From the human T2T-CHM13v2.0 reference genome, Homo sapiens, in the NCBI RefSeq assembly GCF_009914755.1, contig NC_060930.1: DNA of 64,000 nt. The stretch is one strand, 5' to 3'. The position numbers were made by a program, and so were the translations under genes. Below are positions 19,100 to 34,242 of the stretch, piece after piece (positions within the stretch are counted from its first letter, which is position 1; every line of letters starts with the position of its first letter). The notes beneath the pieces are model-generated. The model saw only the letters and a program-made list of their open reading frames with translations. It was not told where the DNA came from and made no database searches.

Positions 19100-19685
19100 T
19101 GGAGTAAAATCTCTGAGGATGGAGTGCAAAGGACTGACGATAAACGCTGAGCAAAGAGTGGTTAATATAATCTGGGACCCACTGCAAGTTTCAAGTAGAA
19201 TGCCCATTAGAGCAGAATTTCTTTACAGTGATGATCACTCTGTTTTTCTCTCAACACCTTCTAGTATGCCGATCTTGAGTAAAAACTGTGGACATTCTTG
19301 CCCACCCCTTCTGGTGAAGTGTATACTTGCAATGTGTTCATGCTGAGTGGATGCATAGTTCAGCATTTTCAACATGTGGACTCTCTAAATCCATATATGG
19401 TTTTCTTTTTGTTTTGTCACCTCATGATCCCTATAGCTGAAGCTCTGTTGGTGAAGAAGGGCAAATCTCTAATAATCCCAGTTGTGCAAGGGGATTGAGT
19501 ATCACAGTCTTTGGAAATCCATTGCATGGCATCACAGATATGGACTGGACCTAGAGTTACAAAGGCCCAAAGAAATGGGCTACCATTTCACATAGTCCAT
19601 CCTTCCCAAGGAAATATTTCATGTGGTAGTATTCCCAGCAGTGCTGTTCCCTGGGCCTATATTGAGCTTATTCTGGACAGAATTA

Positions 19686-20162
<477 letters not shown>

Positions 20163-21134
20163 TCACAGGTAGGTAGTGAGCCTCCGGTTTTCTCTGGATT
20201 TACTCTGGCTACACAAAGTCCAGGAAAGTGTGACAATTACACACAGGGACAAATTATAGTTAGTCCCTTGCATCTTGGGGGAAGCTGCATACTCAGCAGC
20301 TGCCAGGTTGTGCCTGCCTGGAAGTTACAAAAATATTGGCTTAAGAAAGAAGTAATGATAAATAAAACAGTAGAAGCATAAGAAGCCTAGAAAATATACC
20401 AAAATAGGCAAGAAAAAACTGGCAAAAATATGTTTGCAATATATACTTTTGTTTTTCTTCTTTCATTCTATAAACTCTCCTTGCTCTCCCATTGTCTATA
20501 TTTTGTTTAAATTTTGTTTGTGTAAATTATGTGCTTCATAGTTTCTCTTATTTTTCTTATCTAAATTGACCCTGAGATAATAGTGACACACACTTGTTAA
20601 TATATATGATATATTGTGGTTTAAAATAAATGAGAAAATGAGGAAATAGGAAAAATTTCGTTTCCTTTGTTTATGGTTTTTCTTCTTGTTTCTCAAAATG
20701 GTCATGAGGGAAAGTTCCTTTGTAGTTCTATTTCTCATTACCTCATTTTTCTTTTACATAAATAGATACCAATGTGATTTGCATTTCTACAATTTTAAAA
20801 TATGCCATACAGTCATAATTGTTAAAGAAACAAAATTTTACTCCAATTTGTAAGGAAACCATGATTGTTTTACAAATAGGGAGACTATAATAGGTTTCAA
20901 AAGCCATTGACTTGATCGGAAAACTAAGCAAATGTAGGTTATTTAAAAGATAAATTGAGTCTGTTGGAAAGTACTTTTTTGTGCAATTAAACTACTTTTT
21001 AATTTTTTTACTCATATCTACTAATATGGTATATATATTTATATGTAATTTAGACTCAAAAGTTGTCATTATCACTCTAAATCTAGATGTCTGTCCATTT
21101 TCTGTTAAAAAAGAGGGTAATTCATAGTGGTTTA

Positions 21135-21610
21135 ATATATATATAATATATGGTTATATATATTACATATAATATATAACCATATATAGTATATATTATA
21201 TGGCTATATTATATATGATATATGATATATGGTTATATATGATATATGGTTATATATGATATAATATGTAGTTATATATGATATATGATATATGATATGA
21301 TATGTATATATGATATGATATATATGATATGTGATATATATGATATATAGTTATATATTATACACTATATATGATATATAGTTATATATTATACACTATA
21401 TATGATATATAGTTATATATTATACACTATATATGATATATAGTTATATATTATACAACTATATATGATACAGTTATATATAATATATATGGTTATATAT
21501 GATATATAGTTATATATAATATATATGTTTATATATTATATATTATATATGGTTATATATTATATATTATATATTATATATATGGTTATATACACACACA
21601 CACACACACC
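21135..21610. repeat. Complex (TA)-rich tract with a 31-bp minisatellite and (CA)n end
   Basis: tacac recurs at 21361, 21392, 21423 and (variant) 21454. Confidence 0.92.
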
Positions 21611-21654
21611 CCCAGGAATAAAAACTGAAAACATTAACTCATAATTTAAATCAG

Positions 21655-21747
21655 ATTTTTTATTTTTTTGAGAGAGTCTCACTCTATGGCCCAGGCTGGA
21701 GTGCAATGGGGTGATCTTGGCTCACTGCAACCTCCACCTCCTGGGTT
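21655..21747 (-). mobile_element. Heavily 5'-truncated Alu
   Basis: TSD ttaaatcagattttt on both sides. Confidence 0.88.
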
Positions 21748-21909
21748 AAATCAGATTTTTAATTGCAACCTGATTATCATTGCAACGGCAAAACTAATAA
21801 CTAGGGGGATCTGACTACATTGATAATAGGTTTAATATTCCTATTGTATTAGCCAAGCTGAAATCCCCTTACTTTTAAAAGGTGCTTCATAAATTGATGT
21901 AGAAGATGA

Positions 21910-22161
<252 letters not shown>

Positions 22162-23058
22162 TAACCTTACCCTGCTATTATCATCACTGTGAATTTTCCT
22201 GAGCATTGACATTTTCTGGCCTTTTTGTATGCTATTTAGCAGTTCTGCATTTGAAGTGATCGTTATTAGATTGCTGATTTTAGCATCCTTATCTTAACAA
22301 TATAGATGAGAATGAGGAGTAAGGCTAAGAGTGTGCCCAGGGACTGTAAGTGCCAGCACCTTCCTACCCCCACTATGCTGTCCATTAAGGCAGCAGACAG
22401 ATGATATCAGCTGTCTTTCAGCCTGATAATGAGTGATTGATTACACAACTCTTTAAGACCTTTGTCATCTTTGTGGTTTTTATAAAAGAGCACATATAGG
22501 GCTGTAAGACCAAGCTAATGAATTAGTTGTAACATTTATTTCTTATTACTATTTATAATGGTAATTTATGTTGATTATTGAAACATTTGCAAAATTTAAA
22601 TGTGCTTAGAGAAAACAGAAACCACTTTTGACTTTGTGCATGCTATTTAGCAGTTCTACATTTCAAGTGATTGTTATTAGACATTATGACTCACTCCATC
22701 TTAAATAACCAATTAATCCATTGATTCAACGTTTTATTTTATGCTTGCCATGTATGCACCAGGCCCTGTTCTAGGCATTTGAGATACAGATCTGTCTCCT
22801 GCTCTCATGTACTGTAGTGGAGAAAACTGAAAATAAGCCAGTAAACAAATAAATATACACTTTGTGATAGCTGATAATTCCTATTTTTGTATTTCATACC
22901 AGCACTTTTTTCCTTATGCATAAGTAGATGTAAAAAGTATCTGGACTTTATGGCATTTTTCTAGCCTATTTAATATGTATGAATGTAATGCCAGGGGGAT
23001 AGAATGACAATGGCAATACAGTGGCTAAGAGATATGTTTGACAAAGAAAAAGGAGATG

Positions 23059-23350
<292 letters not shown>

Positions 23351-24106
23351 AAAAGGAGATGAAAGAACACAAGGGACAAGGGACAAGGGAATTAGGCTCC
23401 AACATTCAGGATCAGGAACTGGGGATTTGGCTAAGCCTATTCTGTAAGATAACCTGGAAACCCCTGTTGGGCCTGAGAGTGCAGTTTCACACTGGTTCAC
23501 TAGATGGTGCTGACCCCTCTCTTTGGGATCGAAGTTTATTAGCCCTTTGTGTAGATGGGTGGCTGTACTGTGGCTCAGGACATTCTCTAGAAAGTATTTT
23601 CCTTAAATATGTGAACAAAATTAAGCTCTACTAATATTAAGTACATACAACTGTTAGTAATTTAGGTATGTAATATATAAATAAATATATGTCCAAGTTG
23701 GGGTACATTCTCCAGATATTTACTGTTAAAAGTCTAACACCAAACAAGTTAGGTCACTGGTACAGAAGGAGAAAGAGCTGTAAAGTGAGAGCTCGCCCAC
23801 CCAAATACCTCTGGGTATCATGTATTAATACTCAATCTCAAATGGTGAGCTGTTTATTCTTTTAAAAACCAGCACTGAAATGTTAAAAGAACTGCAACCC
23901 AAGAGTTCATGGCCAGGCTCCCCACATAGCTAGGTTGTGGGAACTTGGAAAAATTAATATCTTAGAGTCTAATTTTTCTCATCTGTAACACAAGATTAGC
24001 CTAGTTTTATTATTTTCTTGCCATTAACATACAAAGTAAACTAACTTACATCAAAGGAAATTTTGAATACAGCCTTAACAAGAGAGCAAGTGAAGAATCT
24101 AATCTG

Positions 24107-24442
<336 letters not shown>

Positions 24443-25241
24443 TTAAAACACAAGCCTCCAGCTACTTATTTTCTAGTGAAAGTACATCATTTTTAGTAAT
24501 AATGTGCATCATTTGATAATTAGGTTAGGTCCCCTTTGTACAATTAAAGCAAATTTCAACAGTTTGTATAATCCATTTTCATCATCATCATCTTTATTTT
24601 ACCTAAAATGTGTTAGATCTTACTAATTTGGGGAAACCTGATGTTTTGATATAGTAGAAGTATTAAGTGCTTTTTTAAAAGAACATGAATGTTAGCTTTT
24701 AATTTTGGATCAGCAACTGACAAATAAATTTCAGGCACCTTTTTAAGAACTAGAGATAACCAACAAAGTACCTGACCAAAGGATCTTTGCCCAGGTAGGA
24801 AGATAACAGCTATAATCAGATGGGATAACTATTGCACTAGAACCACGTACAAGGCTCAAGGAAGCAAAAATTACAGACCCAGGTGTGAATGTCAAGGAGC
24901 ATCAGAGAATGCTTCCTGGTAGGGGTGGTTGCTGATCGGGGTTTGGAAGACTTATGATGGGATAGGATACGTGTTGCCATACAGCAGGTCTGCCCTGTGC
25001 AGTCTGTCGGTTGTACAGTGGCATCCTGCCAACAAGGTGAGTGGGAGTGGAAATGGAATCTTTGCTCAGCTCACCAAGCCTTAACAGGGGCTGCATTGGC
25101 AGGAGGAAGGGGATTCGTTTTTTGTGGTTGTTGTTGTTGTTGTTTTTGCCAAAAGTGCCATCTGCTTGCCAAGCCTTGAACACTGCCAGGCCGCGTCCTT
25201 CAAAGGCACCTTTTTTTCTCTCAATGATCTACCCAGAGCAC

Positions 25242-25538
25242 CTTTTTTTTTTTTTTTTTTGAAATGGAGTCTCGCTCTGTCGCCCAGGCTGGAGTGCAGT
25301 GGCGCGATCTCGGCTCATTGCAAGCTCCGCCTCCCAGGTTCATGCCATTCTCCTGCCTCAGCCTCCTGAGTAGCTGGGACTACAGGCACCCACCACCACA
25401 CCCGGCTAATTTTTTGTATTTCTAGTAGAGACGAGGTTTCACCATGTTAGCCAGGATGGTCTCAATCTCCTGACCTCATGATCCGCCCTCCTTGGTCTCC
25501 CAGTGCCGGGATTACAGGCGTGAGCCACCGTGCCGGCC
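25242..25538 (-). mobile_element. AluY
   Basis: TSD gagcaccttttt. Confidence 0.93.
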
Positions 25539-25836
25539 TGAGCACCTTTTTAAAGCCAGCAGTAGCTCTAGGGCAAGGAAGGGTAAAGAGAAGGAGGCAG
25601 GTTTCCAGATGGAAGAACTAGATTCCTGCAGTTGCAAGTAGTTCTGCATTGCTGGAGCACTGAGTGTATGAAGCCATCATGTGTACAAAGGACCTTGTCT
25701 GAAATGACTAAGGAGTGTGACTTTGATCTTGAAGAAAGTAGGCTGTTGGTAGATACAGGTGGCTTGAGGTGAATATAGGGATATTTGCTTTTGGAGAGGT
25801 CCTTCAAGATGCTACATGGACGAGGATGGTCTAGCG

Positions 25837-26327
25837 CAGTGGTCCCCAACCCTTTTGGCACCAGGGACCGGTTTCATAGAAGACAGTTTTTCCAGGGTGG
25901 GGGCGGGAAGGGGGGGTGGTTTCAGAATGATTCAAGCGCATGACGTTTATTGTGCACTTTATTTCAGTTATTATTACACTGTAATAGATAATGAAATAAT
26001 TATACAACTCGTTATACTGTAGAATCAGTGGGAGCCCTGAGCTTGTTTTCCTGCAACTAGATGGTCCTATCTGGGGGCGATGGGAGACAGTGATTGGTCA
26101 TCAGGCGTTAGATTTTCGTAAGGAGCATACAACTTATATTCCTTGCATGGGCAGTTCACAATAGGATTCACCCTCCTATGAGAATCTAATGCCACTGCTG
26201 ATCTGACAGGAGGCGGAGCTCAGGTGGTAATGCTTACTGACCCACCACTCACCTCCTGTTGTGTGGCCTGGTTCCTAACAGGCCACAGACAGGTGTGGGT
26301 CCATGGCCCAGGGGTTGGGGACCCCTA
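25837..26327 (+). mobile_element. MER1A (hAT-Charlie) inserted in L2-like sequence
   Basis: TIRs cagtggtccccaacc / ggttggggacccct; 8-bp TSD gtctag(c/t)g. Confidence 0.88.
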
Positions 26328-27412
26328 GTCTAGTGTGAAACAGGGAAGCCTGTTAGAAAGGTATGTAGTGACCCATTCAGCCCCAAGGGAGCCCATGAAG
26401 CCATGGGGATGGTGAAACTATATAGTGCATCACCGGGAAGGTATTATGGTTAACTTAGAAGCCACAGTTTCTAGGATAGTCTTGCTTTTATCATATTCTG
26501 TCTGATGTTTGTTCTCATTAGAACATAGATTTTTATTTCCAGCAGTGTTAAATAAGATTAGGGGTATGTGTGTGGGTGTGTGTGTGTGCGTGTGTATGTG
26601 TTTTGAAGGGAAGATTCAGAAGTTCTGAAGGCAGGATGATCAATTTGGGAAATTGTTCAAGGGGCTTATTAGAACCTACCTGAAGGGAACGTTTTTCTAG
26701 GACACAAAACACCGGTGCAAATCCACTGTTGAAAATGTTCTCCAATGTCTATTGTGAAATGGAGAGATTTTGAGTTCAGCTCCTTTCGGGAGGGGAGGAA
26801 AGAATCCTCTCCAAGGCAGCTTCCTCTAGCAGTTTCCTGCCTCTTGTGGGATGAGAAGATTTGCTGTCTAAGATATTATCATATTTATTTGTATTTTGCT
26901 GAGTTCTTTTACTGGATGTAAGGCAGTCCAAATGTTATTTGGAAATCTCCTATCAATCAATCATGCAATTTAGATAGAAGTTAGTTCCATACAGTGTGAT
27001 CTCTGACTTGCTAAGGTTTAGAATAAACTCAAAGGGCAATGTGGCACAGTTATTAAGGTTTGAGAGTATGCCCATCTGTGCTCTGACTCTACACATCCAC
27101 TGCGAGAAGAAACATCCATATAACACCAAAAACACTATATGAAAATCTTGTTGCACAGTAGGCCACCCATCAATATTACAGCTTTTCTTTTTCTTTTGAT
27201 GTTCCAGGTGACCTGCAGGAAATGTAGAAATCAGGAAACTGACATACAAAAGAAAAAGTTAGTAGCAAATGGAAACAACTTTATAAAAATATAATATGGT
27301 ATATAGTATAAAAATTATACTACAGTATACTTTTTACTTTATAAAAAGTATACCATAAAATAGTTTTAAAACTATTTTTATACTATATAAATAGTATAAG
27401 CAGTATAAAATA

Positions 27413-27755
<343 letters not shown>

Positions 27756-28941
27756 TTATATCTAACATGATATGACACTGAGTTATTGTGTAAAAAGTTA
27801 TTTTAAAATATAAAAGTAAATTCTTTGAACTAAGACAATGAGAAATTAAATATAAATGTTTAAGACCAAACTTAAACCTAGAAAAAACATCATCTCAAAA
27901 TGACATGTTTCCCATGGCATAAGAAGCTGCTACAACTTTTAAGTGTGTAGGTGGTGGATTTTGAAATCTTTCTAGATTTTTCTTTCTTGAGAAATCTGGG
28001 TTTATCTTGAAAACCCTGAATTAGAAAAATTAGATTGATTTCATTCAGCGGCAAACACAGGAAGATGTATACTGAATCATATTTCTTAAAAATCTCAAAT
28101 TTAGAAGATTGTGAGGTTGAATGAGGTCATCTCCTGAAGCTTCTATAGCAGGAATGCCGATCCATGATGAAGGACAGGATTGCATTTATTTTCTTTAGAT
28201 GATCTACCATTGAACAGTAGAGACAGGGTCCCTCACGGTCTGTATCCAAACAGAACCCGGATTTTTACAGACTGATCGAGGCATAATGCTCAGAACTACA
28301 TCTCTTTAGAGGCTCACTTTGCAAGGAAAAAAGAAATCATTCTGCCCTAGAAGGGGGCTGTAGGAAGTATTCACAATGAGTCAATTAATATCAAGATCTC
28401 CTGTTCCAGGAAACTGTTACTAAGTATTACAAAGGAAATTTTATGTGCTCACATAAGTTTAGAAAACACTGGCTTAAAGCTGGTATAGAATTATTCTTTC
28501 CTAGAGAAATATTTACAGCATTCACTATGCTAATATGAATTGTGATCCCTAGACAGAGGCATCTGATGTGAAGTAAGTCTCAAACTTATTTGACTATAGA
28601 ACTTATTTTTAAAGTCCTCTGAAGGGACCAGTGTTTTGAGGAAAACATTATGGGAGGTATGGGACTGGATCAAAAGCTAATGAGGATATTGTAAGGGGTA
28701 TTGTCCTGGTGTGGAGTGGCTGCAGCACAACTTGAAGAGATCAATTTCTAGAATTTCATCCCACATCTGCTGAAATCAGTCATTTAAAGGTAGGGCAGGA
28801 GATAGCTCCATTTTAAATAAATGTCTCAGATAATTCTCATGTCCATTGAGGGCAGAGGTCCCACCAGTGCAGAGATGGGTTAAGAACCGCTCAATGATGT
28901 AACTTCCTAGGTCACTGTCAGTCACAATGCCATAATCCTTT

Positions 28942-29874
28942 TCATAAAGCCCTTTCTACTCCCAGCACTCTCTTCAAAGTATTCTTCACTTCTGAGTTCC
29001 TAAGACTACAGATAAGGGGATTGAGCATGGGATTAAAGAGGCTGTGAAACAGCAGGAGATATTTCTTCTGCTCCTTGGGGTTCCCATATCTGGGTCCAAC
29101 ATACATGATAATGGCTGTGCCATAAACGAGTCCAATCACACAGAGGTGGGAGAAGCAGGTGCGGAAGGCTTTCCTCTGAACTTCCCTTGATTGGATCTGA
29201 AGGATAGCACAGAGGATGCACATATATGAAACTACAATTGTGGACAAGGGTCCCACCAGCCCAGAAATTGCTCCGGCCAAGACCATGTTCTCATTGATGT
29301 GGGTATCTGCACAGGCAAGTTTGAGAACAGCCAAGATTTCACAAAAAAAGTGATAAATTTTCTGGGGCCTACAGAAGGGTAAAGGTAGAAGTAACACAAG
29401 ATGAATCAAGGATAAAAGGACTCCAGTGGTCCAGGAAGTCACCGCGAGGGTGATGCAGACTCTCCAGGTCATGATGGCCAAATATCGGAGGGGGTGGCAG
29501 ATGGCCACGTACAGATCATAGGACATCACCACCAGGAGGAGACATTCTGTGACAGCAAAAGTGGAAAACAGAAAGGTCTGCATCATGCGGCCCGCAAAGG
29601 AGATGGGCTTGGCTGGATGCAGGAGGTTCACCAGCATCCGGGGCACCGTGTTGCAGGCGTAGGCGATGTCGACGACCGCCAGGTGTGAGAGGAAGAAGTA
29701 CATGGGGGCGTGCAGTCTGGAGTCCAGTGAGATGAGCCCCAGTATGGTCCCGTTCCCCAGCAGGGTGAAGACGTAGAACAGGGAGAAGAGCCCAAAGAGG
29801 AGCATCTGAATCCTTGGGCCAACGGGAAATCCCAGTAGGAGGAACTCTCTGATGGATGTTATATTGTCTCCCAT
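28942..29874 (-). CDS. OR2A4: Olfactory receptor family 2A, 310 aa, intronless, nested antisense in the ENPP3 intron
   Basis: Seven hydrophobic segments; LHAPMYFFL, VAICHPLRY, HFFCE, KAF.TC.SHL and PMLNP..SLRN motifs; N-glycan site NIT; location inside ENPP3 identifies it as OR2A4 rather than OR2A7. Confidence 0.95.
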   Translation of the reverse strand: MGDNITSIREFLLLGFPVGPRIQMLLFGLFSLFYVFTLLGNGTILGLISLDSRLHAPMYFFLSHLAVVDIAYACNTVPRMLVNLLHPAKPISFAGRMMQTFLFSTFAVTECLLLVVMSYDLYVAICHPLRYLAIMTWRVCITLAVTSWTTGVLLSLIHLVLLLPLPFCRPQKIYHFFCEILAVLKLACADTHINENMVLAGAISGLVGPLSTIVVSYMCILCAILQIQSREVQRKAFRTCFSHLCVIGLVYGTAIIMYVGPRYGNPKEQKKYLLLFHSLFNPMLNPLICSLRNSEVKNTLKRVLGVERAL

Positions 29875-29878
29875 ATCC

Positions 29879-29900
29879 CTATGACAGAGGAAATCAAGTT
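29879..29900 (-). promoter_or_regulatory. Splice acceptor 4 nt upstream of the OR2A4 ATG
   Basis: Minus strand reads ttgatttcctctgtcatag|GGAT ATG, typical of OR genes with non-coding 5' exons. Confidence 0.7.
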
Positions 29901-30026
29901 AATGCTCATGGTTTAGGAGAAGTGTTTAAAAACAGATTCATTTTAACTTGTTCGGCACTCTTTGGTGAAGTAGAAAAGTGTTCAGACAGCTGCAGTGAGT
30001 TTTTGTGTTTTTAAATGAATGCTTCA

Positions 30027-30425
<399 letters not shown>

Positions 30426-31593
30426 TTAATTTTTTAATAAAGGCTAAAATTTAAAAATAAACATGTCACATATTAATATATCCTTTTGGTCTTTTTTTAA
30501 AAAAAATTTGGCTCAGGCCTTTCAGGGATGAATGTCACATGTCAATGTAGTACACAGTTTTTGTTTGATTCAGTGAGCTATCTCATATCCTTCAAATAAA
30601 TTCTTCTTTTCCTTGGTCGTATTATTCAGAGTTTTTCTCTGTTATGTTTCAGAAACAATGAACACTAACTGATACACATGTCAAAGTCTTAAAACCACAT
30701 TAAGTTTAATCTTAAAGTGGAAGGTTTAATTAAGGGCGGGCTATACTAAGGTTCGACATACCATCAGCCAAATACACCAGTGGTCATTCACCTCTTAAAC
30801 TTTCCACTCTTGCACTGATCATCACCTCCACAGCATATATCTCACAAAATCTTTTCTTATCCAAGTGTAAAGACTTATTTTTTAGCCCAGAACATTATTT
30901 TTTGTTATTTACTTTCCCACAATGTTTAGATGAGCATTTATGTGAATGACTGAATAGATTTGCACTGTGTCATTATCTAAACACGAAAACAGGATCAGTA
31001 ACTTTTGTTGGATTTGGGCTTACTATTGATAAACACTCTAGAATACACAGTTTTAAGCATTGTCTATGCAGGTGATTGGCAATAGTTCGATGAATTTATG
31101 AGGAATGCTGCAGAAAGAGTCTCTGAATTCTCTGATTGAACTCAGGCCTCCTTGATCCCACAATTAAAATGTTAGCATAAGCATGATATTGTCATTTTTG
31201 CTTAAATTTTATTCTCATTTTTTATGTAAAATTATATTGTCTTGGAGATAGGAAGGATGAGCAATAATCCTCCATTTAAATGTCCATAAAATTATAAATT
31301 TAATCCTGCAAAACCGACTAAAAAGTATTTCATTTGCATTGGATTTTTCCTACCACCATTCCAAGGATAAGTATTATGCTCATGTTGAAAAAATAAAATA
31401 ATTTAGTTATTTATTGATTTCTTGTCATTTATTTCATGTTGTCCTGAGATTGGATCTAAACTTTGAGCTCCTAATCATTGCTCAGATTGTGTGGCCTCGT
31501 AAGATTGTGCGTAATAAGTAAACAAGCATCTGTACACTTGTTAACTTAATGAGCTTCTGTATGTGACACTTTAAGCCTTTTTAAAAATTAAGT

Positions 31594-31720
31594 GCTGGGC
31601 TATGCTTGGTGTCTCATGCCTGTAATCTAAGCACTTTGGGAGGCTGAGGAAGGAGGTTCGCTGGAACCCAGGCATTTGAAACCAGCCTGGGCAGCATAGA
31701 GACCTCATCTCTTTAAAAAA
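31594..31720 (+). mobile_element. Alu monomer (FLAM-like)
   Basis: Left-arm-only Alu. Confidence 0.75.
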
Positions 31721-33349
31721 ATTTTTAAAATAGTAATTATATGAAAAAAAAATTTTAAAGAAAAAAAGTGCTGGTCTTTTTTGTTAACGTTGAACATTTA
31801 CCAGAGTCAGTTGCACACAGATATTTCTTGAACTTAAAAAAAGCTACCAGCCAAAATAACCATTAACATATTGATTGCTTTAATATATTAATATACTGAT
31901 AGATAATATGCTGATATCTATTAATATATTTTAGTCATATTATCCTATTATCTAAAACTATTGGTGAGCAAAATTTGAGCATTAAGAGAGTAGAAATGTA
32001 CTTTTGCATGATATTAAAGTGTGACGGTAAAAGCAAACAAGCAATGAAAATGACCTTAAATTATATTTGAGCAGAACTCACAAAGGCAGTTAGGAAATCC
32101 AGGTGTCTAGAGATGACTGCTGTGTAAGAACCTAGATAATCTTCATATAGAAAAGGCAAACATTTCTACAGTGTGGCTGAGTTTACTGATGGTGCTGGGA
32201 ACTCTGCTGCCCATCTGAGAACTGCCAAGGAAGGATCTTGCTTCTTCAAGTGCTTTTGAGAAGGGAAGGTGTTATTAAGTCATCACCTCCACAGAGTACC
32301 TTCCAATTATCATGAGAGCTTTGTGTGACGCATGAGAAAATAGGCTTCACTTGCACCAGCATGATTTCCATAGAGACATGAAGAACCCAACCACTGTTAT
32401 TCTTCTAGGGGCAGAGAACTGAGCTTCTGTCTCATTCTGTCTCTGAGGAAGCCACAGTGATAAAGAGAATGAGACTAAGGCAAGAACAGAAAATGCCTTT
32501 GTAACTGAAAGGATACATATATTATCTAAAGTAATATCCTGGGACCACGTGGCTATCACAGCTACCAAAATATGTGAATTTGTTAGAGTTTCATGAATAT
32601 TTATGCTATTCCTTCCCCAAACATTCAGAAAACACTTGGGAGATGCAAAGATCCATGTCTAGGTTTGTTTGGCGGTTAAAATAAAACCTTGACATTAATT
32701 CCTGCAGTCATTTCTTTTAGTGTAGTCTGCTTTCCCAAATACCCAAAAGCTGTTGGGAGAATAAACTTGAATTCCAAGGTCTTAATCATTAGGTCATTTT
32801 ACATAGAAACTCAGACACTTTATTTTTAAGCACCAATCTGTAGATGTTGGAGATTCATTTTAAATAATCTGTGGGGCTCATTGACCTGTCTAGAAGAAGA
32901 ATGGATAAGGCATAAGGATTGAGCAAAATTTACTTTTGAAAATTTTCTTTTTTTTTTTTGATAATATCTGGTCCTGCCCTTATGGGAAGGATAAAGCTCT
33001 GTAAAAGCACAGGGCCAGCTCCTGTTTTCTGAACCCTTTCTATGGATGGGGATGAATCTATGTATTCTACTTATCAGAGTAGGTTTACCCTCATGGATTA
33101 TATTTGAGGTCCCACATCTGAGTGGTTGACATATTGTGCCAATATACCTAGCCAAAGTGCCCTTGCATTAGGCCTGGCTTGTTTACTAAGGTATCAGCTG
33201 GTTGGAAGGACCTAGGAGACTGTATGTATAAGCTGAGAGAGAGGCATCAGTGATATAGGGATCTGGGCCAACTGTTCATTCAGCCTACTTTTGTCTTTTG
33301 CATTTTCTCTTGCCCTAAAACATATTGCATCCATTATAGGATAGATGGT

Positions 33350-33927
33350 TGCAGTGACCATTCAGTCTTATGACTTGGTAGATCTAATAGCACTTCAGCT
33401 CAAGTTGGACAACTCCGGATTTATACTTACTTGGCATGCCTTTCTCACTTAGCTTAATAATTTCTAGCTTTTAATTTAATGACGTTCACTTGAACATTTA
33501 GAGGACATTATAGGGTGGTTAATTGGCTTAGCTTCAACATTGTTGTGTCTCAGGGACTAGGGAGGCCAGAAGAGGAAGAGAGAGAGGGAAATGGCCTGTC
33601 GGTGGAGCAGTCAGAACACACACAACATTTATCAATTAAGTTTGCTGTCTTATGTGGACGTGCTTATGCTGCCCTAAAATAATTACAATAGTAACATCAA
33701 AGATCACCTATCACAGATCATCATAGCAGACAATAATAATAAACCCATTTAAAATACTGTACAGATTATTAAAATTTGACCTAGGACACAAAATGAGATC
33801 ATGCTGTTGGAAAAATGGTGCAGATAGACTTGCTTGAGGCAGGTTAGCCACAAAATTTTAACACAATGGAAATGCAATATCTATGAAGCACAATAAATTG
33901 CAGAACGATAAAATGAGTTATGTCTGT
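33350..33927. mobile_element. Tigger2-like DNA transposon fragment
   Basis: ttgttgtgtctcaggga, gtcggtggagcagtcagaacacacac, atgctgttggaaaaatggtgc motifs. Confidence 0.75.
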
Positions 33928-34242
33928 ATATAGAAATAGAATTAATTTGATTGTGTTTATCTTAAATTCTGTGACCTTAATGGACTCACTTCTTAATTTA
34001 AGGAGGTTTGTAAAATAGATTTATTTGGATTTCTATGTAGAAAGTCATGTCTGTTGTAAGTAGGGACTGTTCTATTTTTTCCATTCTGATCTGTATGTCC
34101 TTTAATTATTTTCTTGTCTTATTGCAGTGTATAACTTCTAGCACTGTTTTGCATAAGGGTGATAAAAGCAGACATAGTTCCTTTATTCTTGATTTTAGAG
34201 AGGAACCATTCAGTTTTTCACCACTAAATATGATGTTAGTAT

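Noticed and set aside
25895-25916. G-quadruplex motif gggtgggggcgggaaggggggg
   Set aside because: Lies in the G-rich variable part of MER1A; common and with no functional context
30819-32294. Exact 15-mer tcatcacctccacag at 30819 and 32280 (minus strand GAG|GTGATG, donor-like)
   Set aside because: A single 15-bp match is near chance expectation in 64 kb and there is no exon evidence
32600-33000. Possible OR promoter (TAATCA homeodomain-like site and partial O/E-like sites)
   Set aside because: No full O/E consensus; motifs too short to support a call
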